Made by a program: the position numbers and the translations under genes. Source: a virus (Duplodnaviria; Caudoviricetes). Taken from it: a stretch of DNA of 58,169 nucleotides. How positions within the stretch are numbered: position 1 is the stretch's first letter; each line of letters begins with the position of its first letter. The stretch spans positions 1-58,169 of IMG/VR virus record IMGVR_UViG_3300037258_000189; one strand, written 5' to 3'. Under the pieces are notes generated by a model that ran no database searches, was not told the DNA's origin, and saw only the letters and a program-made list of their open reading frames with translations. Shown here piece by piece: positions 26,761 through 35,178 of the stretch.

Positions 26761-27225
26761 TCAGCCGGCGCCCTGGAACAGCTTCGTCTCGGCCTGCCGC
26801 CGGCGCAGCAGCCCCGCCATCACGTGGCCGCCCGCGCAAATCCACAGGTCGAGCTGGGCCGCGGCGCCTCGGTAGTCGCCGGCGTTCAGCTTGCGCAGCA
26901 GCGCCGACGAGACGAAATTTCCGATGCCCAGATTGTAGATGAAGTCCTCGAGTGCTGCCTGCTCGCCGTCGGTGAGCGGCACCTTGACCATCTGCGACAG
27001 GGTGCGCACCGACTGCTGCAGTTCGGCCGTCAGCCACGCGCGCGCGGTCGGCTCGTCGATCGACGCCGTGTCCGGCCCGACCCGCAGCGGCCCGGTTCCG
27101 TCCAGCCACACGGAGCCGTAGCCGATGGTCCAGACGCCGCCCGCATCCTGGTAAGGCTTGGCGCGAAAGTCCTCGAACTCGGCGATCATGTTGACCGCCG
27201 CCGGCTGCGCGGCAACGTCGGTCAT
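26761..27225 (-). CDS. Endolysin, GH24 phage lysozyme
   Basis: FEDFRAKPYQDAGGVWTIGYG (E-D-T catalytic triad), FIYNLGIGNF, GLLRRRQAETKLF. Confidence 0.9.
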   Translation of the reverse strand: MTDVAAQPAAVNMIAEFEDFRAKPYQDAGGVWTIGYGSVWLDGTGPLRVGPDTASIDEPTARAWLTAELQQSVRTLSQMVKVPLTDGEQAALEDFIYNLGIGNFVSSALLRKLNAGDYRGAAAQLDLWICAGGHVMAGLLRRRQAETKLFQGAG

Positions 27226-27227
27226 CG

Positions 27228-27491
27228 TCAGATGCCGTCCTTGTCCGTCAGCACCAGGTCGACGAAGAAGAACTGCCCCGGCATGATCTTGCCGAAAGCG
27301 CCCGGGTTGCTGATGCTGAGCTTCATCTCGCCGTACGGTGTCCACTTCGACCACTGAGCGTTCGCATCGCTGCTGCCGCCATAGACACAGCGAAGCTCGA
27401 CTTCCTCCTGCACCTTCCATCCCATTTCATTGGCGACGCTCTTGACGGTCGCCACGCACATTTTGGCTCGCAGCACGGGCTGGTCGGTCAT
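27228..27491 (-). CDS. Conserved hypothetical phage protein
   Basis: 87 aa; RAKMxV...NAQWSKWTPxGExKLxIxNP...FFFVD motif; overlaps upstream stop. Confidence 0.65.
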   Translation of the reverse strand: MTDQPVLRAKMCVATVKSVANEMGWKVQEEVELRCVYGGSSDANAQWSKWTPYGEMKLSISNPGAFGKIMPGQFFFVDLVLTDKDGI

Positions 27492-27694
27492 TTCGAGTTC
27501 TCTCCTATCGTCGGATACTTCGCGTGCACCGCGCCGTCGACGCGGGCCTTCTCCGCCGGCGAGCCGTGCATGCCCACGAGCCCCAAGGCCGTCCTGGCAC
27601 GCTTGCGCGTGTCGATCGGGTAGCCGCGCTTTTCCGGCTCGGCGAACTGGGACGTCGGGATCTGTGCGCGCTCGCCGGCGGTCAGACGGGACAT
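27488..27694 (-). CDS. Small basic conserved phage protein (DUF6582-like)
   Basis: MSRLTAGERAQIPTSQFAEPEKRGYPIDTRKRARTAL...VHAKYP. Confidence 0.6.
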   Translation of the reverse strand: MSRLTAGERAQIPTSQFAEPEKRGYPIDTRKRARTALGLVGMHGSPAEKARVDGAVHAKYPTIGENSK

Positions 27695-27822
27695 AGAGGC
27701 AACATATGGAGGCAACCTCGCATCGGAAGGAAAGTCCTGCCCGGCGGCCCTGGTACGACCGCCGGGCAGGACTTCAGACCGGAGTGAAAGGAGGGAAGCC
27801 CCCGGGAGCCGCCGCCTACCTG

Positions 27823-28767
27823 TTATTCGGCGGCGCTTGGAACGGGCTGCTCGGCGCCCGGCGACTTCGACGCCAGCAGCGCCGCGAGCTTCGCCCCGTC
27901 GACCGGGCGCACCGTCGCCAGGTAGTGCTGCCCCAGCGTCGTGCCCATCCAGGCGATCTCCGGATCGTCGGGCCGCCACGCCACCGTCAGCTTCACCTCG
28001 CCGATCGTCGCCCCGGCCTGCACCTGCTGACCCGGCGGCAGCACCGTCTTGAACGACACCTCGTGCACCACCGTGTCGTTGGCAACGCCGACCTTCGTCG
28101 CCGCGCGGTTGGCGGCAACGAGCTGCACCACCGCCCCCAGCGCCACCGGCCCGGCGCACTCCTCCGCCAGCATGTCGATCGTCAGCACGCCGTCGCCGCT
28201 CGTCCGCTGATCCGTCTTCGGCGCCAGCAGGTCGGCGAAGCGCCACTCGAGGAAGTCCGCAAGCTCGTTCGGCGCCTCGCTGCCCCCGAACCGAACCTGC
28301 TGAAGCTCCGAGACGTCGATCGGACCATGCTCGCGCTGCCACGCCGCCTGCCACCAGGCTTGATCGCTCGCGTACTCGGCCATGCAGTCGACCGACACGA
28401 ACTGCCCGCAGCCCCGCAGCGCCACGACCAGGTGCCTCAGCCGCTCCGGCCACTCCCGGAACGGCACACCAGACAGCCGCGGCCGATACGCCCCGAACGC
28501 AGCCGCCGTCGTCCACGACGTGTAACCGTCCGAATAGACCACGATCCAGTCGCCCCGCACCGGCGTCCCACGCAGGAACACCTCCGAAGGCACCGACACG
28601 TGCAGCACCGCCGGGCCGTCGTCCGTCGCGATCTCCACCGACAGCCAGACGTGCTGGCTCGGAACGTCCGCCTCCGTCTTGTCGAACCCAATCACCCGCG
28701 CCGCCCGCACCACCTTCGTGCCGACATACACCGGCCACCCAGCCGCCCAGTCCGGAACACCGGTCAA
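27823..28767 (-). CDS. Hypothetical protein with YxGTK...DGYxSW N-terminal domain
   Basis: TTG start overlapping upstream TGA; YVGTKVVRA...PVRGDWIVVYSDGYTSWTTAAAF. Confidence 0.5.
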   Translation of the reverse strand: MTGVPDWAAGWPVYVGTKVVRAARVIGFDKTEADVPSQHVWLSVEIATDDGPAVLHVSVPSEVFLRGTPVRGDWIVVYSDGYTSWTTAAAFGAYRPRLSGVPFREWPERLRHLVVALRGCGQFVSVDCMAEYASDQAWWQAAWQREHGPIDVSELQQVRFGGSEAPNELADFLEWRFADLLAPKTDQRTSGDGVLTIDMLAEECAGPVALGAVVQLVAANRAATKVGVANDTVVHEVSFKTVLPPGQQVQAGATIGEVKLTVAWRPDDPEIAWMGTTLGQHYLATVRPVDGAKLAALLASKSPGAEQPVPSAAE

Positions 28768-29249
28768 GACGGCGCACCCCCGAACCCGATAAATCGCTCG
28801 AGCCGCGTCATCTGCTCGTGCAACAGGTTCAGCAGCGCGTCCGTGTCCGCCTGCGTGTGCTCGTGCAACGACAACACCGAGGCAAGCCGCTCCAGCAGCG
28901 GCGCCGAAACAGAAACCCCAGGACCAGCAATCTGGTCCCCGTTCGTAGAACCAACAGAAGCAGGCTCCGCAGGCAGCGCCACGTCCGCCGCCCGCTCCAG
29001 CCGCCGCAGCAGCAGCCCCAGCCGGTCGTTCAGCCGGCACTGCTCGCCAATCACCCGATGGTGCAACACAATCACGTCGTCCATCACACCCGTCTCGCGC
29101 TTCGGCTCCGGAACAGCCTGCGTCGACGCCCCAGGGGTCGTAAACGGACTCCCAAGCGGAATGCGCACCCCAGGCGCCGCATTCTGCGCCGGCCCCGAGT
29201 TGTTCCGCGACAGCCCCAGCCCGTGGTCACTCAAACGATCAACCATCAC
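28764..29249 (-). CDS. Hypothetical protein
   Basis: 161 aa, GGGAG SD, helical. Confidence 0.45.
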   Translation of the reverse strand: MMVDRLSDHGLGLSRNNSGPAQNAAPGVRIPLGSPFTTPGASTQAVPEPKRETGVMDDVIVLHHRVIGEQCRLNDRLGLLLRRLERAADVALPAEPASVGSTNGDQIAGPGVSVSAPLLERLASVLSLHEHTQADTDALLNLLHEQMTRLERFIGFGGAPS

Positions 29250-29773
29250 TCAACTCCCTCTCTCCGCCGAAAAAAGGATCACCATCCCAAGAAAAGCCAG
29301 GAACCACTCCCAGCCACCCCTCCTCACCCTCCAATCACCGGCCCACAGGCCGGCAACCAAACCCAGGCTTGCGCAAAATCCCCAGCCGAACCGGCACCTG
29401 CACACCCTTCGATCCCACCCGCAAACTCGCCCCGCGAGCCTGCGTCGATCCACCGCCCTTCCGCTCCACCCGAGATCACCCCTCTATCGCAACACGAAAT
29501 TTTTTGCCGGCCCACAAACCACCCGCTTAACAGCCCTCTCAACAGTGCTCTCAAACCGCTCACGAAACGCTCTCAGAGCGGTCGCGAAACGCTTCTGCTA
29601 AAGCGCCTCGAAACCACACAAGAATTTTCGCGGGTATGTGAAATAGGAACCCCACCCCCGGTCACTTGAGGTGCCGTGGTGGAGGGGGCGGGCCAGCGCC
29701 GCGCAGCCCTTCGACGACGATGGACGATCCGAAGCCCGGCGCCTCGATGGCGGGGAGACGATCCGAGGCCCAG

Positions 29774-30550
29774 TCAGTCCTGATCGTCGTCGGTCGGATA
29801 GCGCGCTTGTTCCGTCGACAAGCGCGCTATCGCCTCGGAACCGCAGTCGTCGGCGGCTTCCAGCGTCAATGACTGGGTGAGTGTGGCGCGCATGCGCCCA
29901 GCGACGCGCGCCTGCGCCCGGCCGAGCCGATCCGCCAGCTGCACGAGGCTGCCGGCTGCGTCCCCTCGGCGATCGCCCACCCTCGGCGGGTCTGCCCACG
30001 ACAGCCCCAACATCCTGAACAGCCGCGTCCGATCCTTGTCGCCACCCGCGCCGGCGATCTGCGCGCCTGCCAGGACGGCACTCATCACCCGCGGCAACTG
30101 CGGTCGCGCCAGGTCGACGAGCGCTGGGTCCCCCTTGGCATTGCGGCAGAAAACGGCGATCACCGCGTCGTCGTCCAGGCCCGTCGTGCCGTCTGGCGAG
30201 TGCAGTGGGCCGACCGTGATCACCCCGCCCTGTCCGATCGCAGCACCCCGACCGACCGGGATCATCCGTCCAGTCCTCGGCTGCGGAACGATTTCGCGCT
30301 CGGGTTTGCCCTCTGCGGCTGTCTGCGCGGCTTCCTTGCCGGTTTTCGGTGTGCGCTTGGCGGCGGCTGTCTGGTTCTGCGAAGGCGCTGCCGGCTGTGA
30401 GGCTGCGTGCCTGGGTGCGCCGCTGTCTGTAGAGGACGGTGGCGTGGCGCTGCCGAGGACTTCTGCGGCCTTGGCACGTGCTGCCTTGGCGCGAGCGGCG
30501 AGGAAGCCCGAGACTTTTGGGGGTTCGTGTGTGGGAGGGTTGGCGGGCAT
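29774..30550 (-). CDS. Possible terminase small subunit
   Basis: First gene of the late operon; C-terminal SLVQLADRLGRAQARV resembles TerS tails; no other TerS candidate. Confidence 0.35.
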   Translation of the reverse strand: MPANPPTHEPPKVSGFLAARAKAARAKAAEVLGSATPPSSTDSGAPRHAASQPAAPSQNQTAAAKRTPKTGKEAAQTAAEGKPEREIVPQPRTGRMIPVGRGAAIGQGGVITVGPLHSPDGTTGLDDDAVIAVFCRNAKGDPALVDLARPQLPRVMSAVLAGAQIAGAGGDKDRTRLFRMLGLSWADPPRVGDRRGDAAGSLVQLADRLGRAQARVAGRMRATLTQSLTLEAADDCGSEAIARLSTEQARYPTDDDQD

Positions 30551-30730
30551 GGCTGCCTCGGAAAAGCGCCTCGCGCACGCGAGTTCGGAGTTGAAAGAGA
30601 AGTGCCCCCCCTCCCCCCGTGGTTGTTGCGAACAAGAGACGGGTCGAGGATGGCATGCTCTGTGGAGGTCGTTCGCCGAGTTTGTCGAGTTCAAAGTGCT
30701 GAAATGATGCGAGGTTCGACGATTGTGCGA

Positions 30731-30791
30731 CGTGACGCGATATTCATGCTTGACAACCGATCGTGACGCGATCACCTATTGACGTGCGACG
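30731..30791. promoter_or_regulatory. Divergent promoter/operator region: TTGACA flanked by two CGTGACGCGAT direct repeats
   Basis: CGTGACGCGAT at 30731 and 30762; TTGACA at 30750-30755; GTGCGACG at 30725 and 30784. Confidence 0.4.
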
Positions 30792-30794
30792 AAC

Positions 30795-31379
30795 ATGACA
30801 GGTGGGAGAGATCAGGTGGCTCAGGTGAACAGCACGATTTCGGGTGTTGAGGGAGGTAAGGCACTGAAAGGGCGGATTATTTCTGAGGTTGGGTTGGGTG
30901 CGGAGGTGAGGGCGCTGCGTGGTCTGCTGGATGAGGCGCTTGGGTATGAGGCTGACGCGTTTGGCGGCAACGTGCCGGTTGATGGGGGCGATCTGGTTGA
31001 GTGGTTCGGGGAGTGGCGCGAGCGGGTGCGGGCGACGCTGCGTCCGGTGCCGCGTGGCTGCGAGCATGCCGGCTACGTCGTCTACACCAACGAGGCGATC
31101 TGGGGCTACGGCGGGACGACCGACGCGGCGTGGGAGTCGTTCCGCGCTGAGATGGCCACAGGGGGTGTCAAAATCCTGACGGGCGACGATAGCGACGCCG
31201 AACAGGGATCGTGGACGCGCGAGCGCGATTACTCGATCCGATCCGCTAGTGCGGCGCTGCTGCGGCGCGTCGCTGAGGGTGGTGGCGACACGTCGTGGAC
31301 GATCGTGGGTGGCGTCGCATGCACCGAGGCGGAGGCGGAGGAATTCACGCCGCGCGGCTGGGACCAGGTGGAGGGCTGA
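30795..31379 (+). CDS. Hypothetical protein
   Basis: First gene of the rightward small-gene cluster; acidic; start may be GTG ~30816. Confidence 0.55.
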   Translation: MTGGRDQVAQVNSTISGVEGGKALKGRIISEVGLGAEVRALRGLLDEALGYEADAFGGNVPVDGGDLVEWFGEWRERVRATLRPVPRGCEHAGYVVYTNEAIWGYGGTTDAAWESFRAEMATGGVKILTGDDSDAEQGSWTRERDYSIRSASAALLRRVAEGGGDTSWTIVGGVACTEAEAEEFTPRGWDQVEG

Positions 31380-31521
31380 GCGATGACCAGCATGCACGCA
31401 GAGCGGCGAGAACGAGCCGCCGGACTGCGCGCCACCTGACGCATCGTGGGCGAGGCGCCGATCGCGCGCCTCGCATGCCATGCGTCAGGATCGCCCGCGC
31501 AGTCGAACGGAGGACCACCCC

Positions 31522-31659
31522 ATGCCTCTCCCCGACCTGTTTCGCCTCGCCACGTCGATGCCCCCCTGGACGGGGCTGTGCTGCCTCGCGCTGGCCTGCG
31601 TGCTCGGCCCGCTGCTGGGCAACGTGCTGGCGTCCCTGCGCGGCGGACGGCGCCCGTGA
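31522..31659 (+). CDS. Small membrane protein (45 aa)
   Basis: GGAGG SD; MPLPDLFRLATSMPPWTGLCCLALACVLGPLLGNVLASL; stop overlaps next ATG. Confidence 0.45.
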   Translation: MPLPDLFRLATSMPPWTGLCCLALACVLGPLLGNVLASLRGGRRP

Positions 31660-32045
31660 TGAACGCCGTCATCGTGTTCGACCACCCCACGCAGGGCACG
31701 CAGACGCTGGAACTGCCGCCTATTCCCTGCGCCGACGAATTGGCGCTGGCGTGGCAACAGATCGTCGAATACGCGGGCGCTATCCCCGCTCGCGTGGTGC
31801 CGGCGCGGCCAAAAAACCCCCGCCGCTTCGGCGTCAACCTCATCCAACACGTGATCCACTTCAGCGTGGCACAGATCGACGTCGAGGCAGATGACGAACG
31901 CGCGGCGGGCCTGAAAGCGCTGAAGCTGGCGCGCGAACGCTACCTGTTCCGCTATGTAGATCCCTGCGACGGCCACCCGAATGGGTGCGACATCGAAGTG
32001 CATAGCGAGGGCCGGCCGACGTGTTCCTGGCACGAGGACAACTGA
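31659..32045 (+). CDS. Hypothetical protein
   Basis: 128 aa, translationally coupled. Confidence 0.5.
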   Translation: MNAVIVFDHPTQGTQTLELPPIPCADELALAWQQIVEYAGAIPARVVPARPKNPRRFGVNLIQHVIHFSVAQIDVEADDERAAGLKALKLARERYLFRYVDPCDGHPNGCDIEVHSEGRPTCSWHEDN

Positions 32046-32046
32046 G

Positions 32047-32343
32047 ATGGCCAAGTCCCAGATCCGCTACTTCAAGGCGCAGCGCGGCGCGATGATCCTG
32101 TTCCGCGCCAGCCGCAGCATGATTTACACCTCGTACCGCGTCATGGGCGCGTGGGGCTGCTTTTCGACGCGGCCTTACGTGCCGTCCGGCTACGTCGAGC
32201 CTGTCGAGGAAATCGGCATCGACGAATACCGACGTCTCGTGCCCCTGAAAGAGGCGCGCATCAGGCGGGAGATGCCGGCCGGCTACCGGCCATGTCCGTC
32301 CGATAGCTGGGTGCGCGTCGCCGAGTGGGAGACCGGGCAATGA
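32047..32343 (+). CDS. Hypothetical protein
   Basis: 98 aa, GAGG SD, ATGA overlap with next gene. Confidence 0.5.
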   Translation: MAKSQIRYFKAQRGAMILFRASRSMIYTSYRVMGAWGCFSTRPYVPSGYVEPVEEIGIDEYRRLVPLKEARIRREMPAGYRPCPSDSWVRVAEWETGQ

Positions 32344-32582
32344 GCGTGGATCTTCACGCGGCTACTGCGGAGATGCTGTCCGCGTATGCGTACGCGGCGT
32401 TCGCGCTGGGCCGCCGGCACGCCATCGCTGGCGAGCGCGCGCTGCCCAGCAAGCGAATGATGCTCGTTCTGTTCCCGAGCGGGTGGTCGGGCAGCGACAG
32501 CTACCGTTTCAAACTGCGACAGGTCTACAAGGCCGGGTTCGATCTGGGCGTAATGCGCGCGCGCGGGGACGACTTCGCATGA
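32340..32582 (+). CDS. Hypothetical protein
   Basis: ATGA-coupled chain. Confidence 0.5.
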   Translation: MSVDLHAATAEMLSAYAYAAFALGRRHAIAGERALPSKRMMLVLFPSGWSGSDSYRFKLRQVYKAGFDLGVMRARGDDFA

Positions 32583-32851
32583 AAGCGCGCCTCCCGTCTG
32601 CCAATCAGAACGTCCACGCAGCCCAGGTCAGCCGGCGCGCGCTGCGGCGGGCCGAGGCGGACGAGCGTGCGGCGCAGGAGCTGCACGACCGCGCCGAGGA
32701 ACGGGCCGGCCAGGACGGCCTGACCGCAGCGGACGTGGCTTTCATCGGCGCATGCCGGCGCGGCGCCGCGCGCTACGAACGTGAGGCGCGGGAGCATCGG
32801 CGGATGGCTCTGCGCGTGCCATACACCCCAGGATTGGAACGGCAGACATGA
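32579..32851 (+). CDS. Hypothetical protein
   Basis: ATGA-coupled chain. Confidence 0.5.
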   Translation: MKARLPSANQNVHAAQVSRRALRRAEADERAAQELHDRAEERAGQDGLTAADVAFIGACRRGAARYEREAREHRRMALRVPYTPGLERQT

Positions 32852-33090
32852 TCACGACACTCAGGATCGGCGGAATGAGCGCCGAACGAAAATCGTTCCT
32901 GGAACAACAGGCAACCGCGCTGCGCCACGAAGCGATGCTCGGCGAGCAGGAAGTGGCCAGGCTTGAGCAGGAGGTCGAACGGCTGCGGCGAACGGCCGCA
33001 GCCGTAAAGCGCAAATCGACCGAAAAACGGCTGACAGCCAACGAGATCGAGGCGCGGATCGCGCGACTGACGGGAGCGCCGGCCCGATGA
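32848..33090 (+). CDS. Hypothetical coiled-coil protein
   Basis: ATGA-coupled chain. Confidence 0.5.
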   Translation: MITTLRIGGMSAERKSFLEQQATALRHEAMLGEQEVARLEQEVERLRRTAAAVKRKSTEKRLTANEIEARIARLTGAPAR

Positions 33091-33383
33091 GCGGCACCTT
33101 GAGCCTGATGGAACGCGCGGCCATTTCGTCGCGCGCGGCCGAACGCTATGCGCTGATGGCGGGGCGCGTGGCGCTGACACTGCATTTCGTGGACCAGCAG
33201 CCCGTGGGCGGGGCGCCCGCCATCCAGGCCGTCCTGGTGGCGAGCCTGCGGCGATGCCTGGGCGGCTATCACCGCAAGCTGCGGGCCGCGCTGAAGGTCC
33301 ACGCGCGGCTGTGCGACCGCATCCTCTACGGCGAGACGGATCTGCCGCGCGACTTCGGGCCGGGGCGACGCCAATGTGGATGA
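33087..33383 (+). CDS. Hypothetical protein
   Basis: ATGA-coupled chain. Confidence 0.5.
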   Translation: MSGTLSLMERAAISSRAAERYALMAGRVALTLHFVDQQPVGGAPAIQAVLVASLRRCLGGYHRKLRAALKVHARLCDRILYGETDLPRDFGPGRRQCG

Positions 33384-33544
33384 TCGTGATCCTGTTCGTC
33401 GCGGTGAACCACGTGCCGATCGTGCTCGACTGGCACTTTTCCGATCCGGACGCCTGCGAGGATCAGCGGCGGCGGGAAACCCCGCTGCTGCCTCCCGGCG
33501 TCACTGTCCGCTGCGCCCGCGTGGTGCAGGCGCCGAAAGACTGA
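33374..33544 (+). CDS. Small secreted/membrane protein
   Basis: MWMIVILFVAV...FSDPDACE...VRCA. Confidence 0.45.
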   Translation: MWMIVILFVAVNHVPIVLDWHFSDPDACEDQRRRETPLLPPGVTVRCARVVQAPKD

Positions 33545-33570
33545 ACCACCAACCCCAAGGAGATGCCTCC

Positions 33571-33873
33571 GTGAAGATCATCGCTAAGACGACGACGGGC
33601 GACTACCTCGTCGAGATGACAGGGAACGAGATTGCACAATCTGCGGGCTTCCCATCGACAAGCCATCTGCCAAAAATCATCAGGTCCCATGACGAGTACA
33701 GTCTGAAATTGGGGACGCGGGTCGATGTCGAGAGGACGCAGTCATATCTGCAGCGGCTCCGGCAACACGAGGATGGCGTGCGCCACTCTGCCGCTGCGCT
33801 TCGTGCCCTCGCTCAGATGCTGGAGGCGGCGCTGCCGACCACGATCATCCCACCAGCCGACGCTACCGACTAA
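33571..33873 (+). CDS. Hypothetical protein
   Basis: GTG start with AAGGAG SD; converges on 33870-34640. Confidence 0.5.
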   Translation: MKIIAKTTTGDYLVEMTGNEIAQSAGFPSTSHLPKIIRSHDEYSLKLGTRVDVERTQSYLQRLRQHEDGVRHSAAALRALAQMLEAALPTTIIPPADATD

Positions 33874-34640
33874 GCCGCGTTCTCCTCCGCCACCTTGGGC
33901 ACCCAGCAGGGTTTCCCGGGTGGCGCGTAGGCCCGGTAGAGCGGGCCGACCACCACGTGATATTTCGTGCAGAGCATCCTCGGCCCTTGGCGCGTACGGC
34001 TGAGGAACAGGCTGCACGTGCCGCACGGCTGCTCGTTGGGCACCGGCTTGACCGTGTCCATCACGCGCGGCATCGCGCCGGGTCCGGGCTCCAGGCCGCG
34101 CACCACGTCGTCGTCGGCGGCCGGTCGCGCCAGCACTCCGACCGATATCAAGTTGCGAGCGAGATACTCGTATGCCTGTTTCTCGATCTTCAACAGGCTA
34201 TCCCGGCTATTCCCGCCGTGGATGTGACGCCCGCTGCGGCTTAGACCGCCGGCCGGGATACCCCAGGTGTGACGCCGGTGCTTCTGGATACGGGGCCACG
34301 GCCACCCCTCGGCGCGCTTGAGCGCGATCCAGCCTGCGTCCTTGGGCAATCCCGCCGCCGCGCATGCCGCGTGCGTCGTCCAGATCGCGATCCAGCCAAG
34401 CACCTCCTCCATCCGACTTAATTCGTCGCGACTGGGGCGACCGGCCATCCTGGCAATCGCTTCCGCTTCTTCCTCGTCAATTTCGGTGTATCCGTAAGCC
34501 TCCTGCACAGAATTGGGCGCGTCGGGCCAATACGTAGTGCGTTCGCTCGGCCCGTGCGCAACCGCCGCCGACCGACGCAGGATTGCGAATGCCTCCCTTA
34601 GCCGCTCGCGCACCAGCTCGGCCGTCCAAGCGTCGCTCAT
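33870..34640 (-). CDS. DUF6362-like putative transcription regulator
   Basis: MSDAWTAELVRERLREAFAILRR...PSRDELSRMEEVLGWI; last gene of replication operon; AAGGGGG SD. Confidence 0.55.
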   Translation of the reverse strand: MSDAWTAELVRERLREAFAILRRSAAVAHGPSERTTYWPDAPNSVQEAYGYTEIDEEEAEAIARMAGRPSRDELSRMEEVLGWIAIWTTHAACAAAGLPKDAGWIALKRAEGWPWPRIQKHRRHTWGIPAGGLSRSGRHIHGGNSRDSLLKIEKQAYEYLARNLISVGVLARPAADDDVVRGLEPGPGAMPRVMDTVKPVPNEQPCGTCSLFLSRTRQGPRMLCTKYHVVVGPLYRAYAPPGKPCWVPKVAEENAA

Positions 34641-34792
34641 GCCCCCTTCCTTAGCGAACCGAGAGAGAACCCAGCGCCCAGCGCCGAAAGCGTCCGCACG
34701 ATCTCGGGGAAAGCGTCGCCGGCCGGCGGCATCGAGGAAACGACGAGGAGGAGGTAGAACAACGCGGTGCCGCATGCCAACAACCACCACAT
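34637..34792 (-). CDS. Small membrane protein
   Basis: MWWLLACGTALFYLLLVVSS... Confidence 0.4.
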   Translation of the reverse strand: MWWLLACGTALFYLLLVVSSMPPAGDAFPEIVRTLSALGAGFSLGSLRKGA

Positions 34793-34800
34793 TTTGAGGC

Positions 34801-35007
34801 TCACAGGTTCCTCGCGATCACGGCCTCGCCGTAGATTTCCTTGCACGCCTGCACCATGTCGGCGCGGTCGTCTTGATGGGCGAAGTAGAGCACGAGGGCG
34901 AACGTCCCCTTGACGATCGGATAGGTGCCCTGTCGCTTCGGGTGCCGGCTGCCAAGCTCGGCGTCCATCTGCGCGGCCAGCGGGTGCTGATCGGCGTCAG
35001 TCTCCAT
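34801..35007 (-). CDS. Hypothetical protein
   Basis: 68 aa, GGAGG SD. Confidence 0.45.
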   Translation of the reverse strand: METDADQHPLAAQMDAELGSRHPKRQGTYPIVKGTFALVLYFAHQDDRADMVQACKEIYGEAVIARNL

Positions 35008-35178
35008 CGGTCACGTCCTCCCGCGGCGCGTCGAGAGGGTCTTCCCACGCCATCGTGCCATCTCGCCGCTGGCCGGCCTTGCGGGTGTCTGGAATGCGAT
35101 CCGGCAGATCGCCGCGCTCGAGGGCTCGCCAATAGCGCTCCAGCGTGTCGCCCGTCAGAGAGTGAATTGGCATCCCCT

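Noticed and set aside
898-29601. Many long plus-strand ORFs opposite the structural genes (e.g. 898-2142, 22503-24260, 27706-29601)
   Set aside because: Shadow ORFs typical of high-GC DNA; Arg/Ala-rich, no motifs or SD, antisense to well-supported genes
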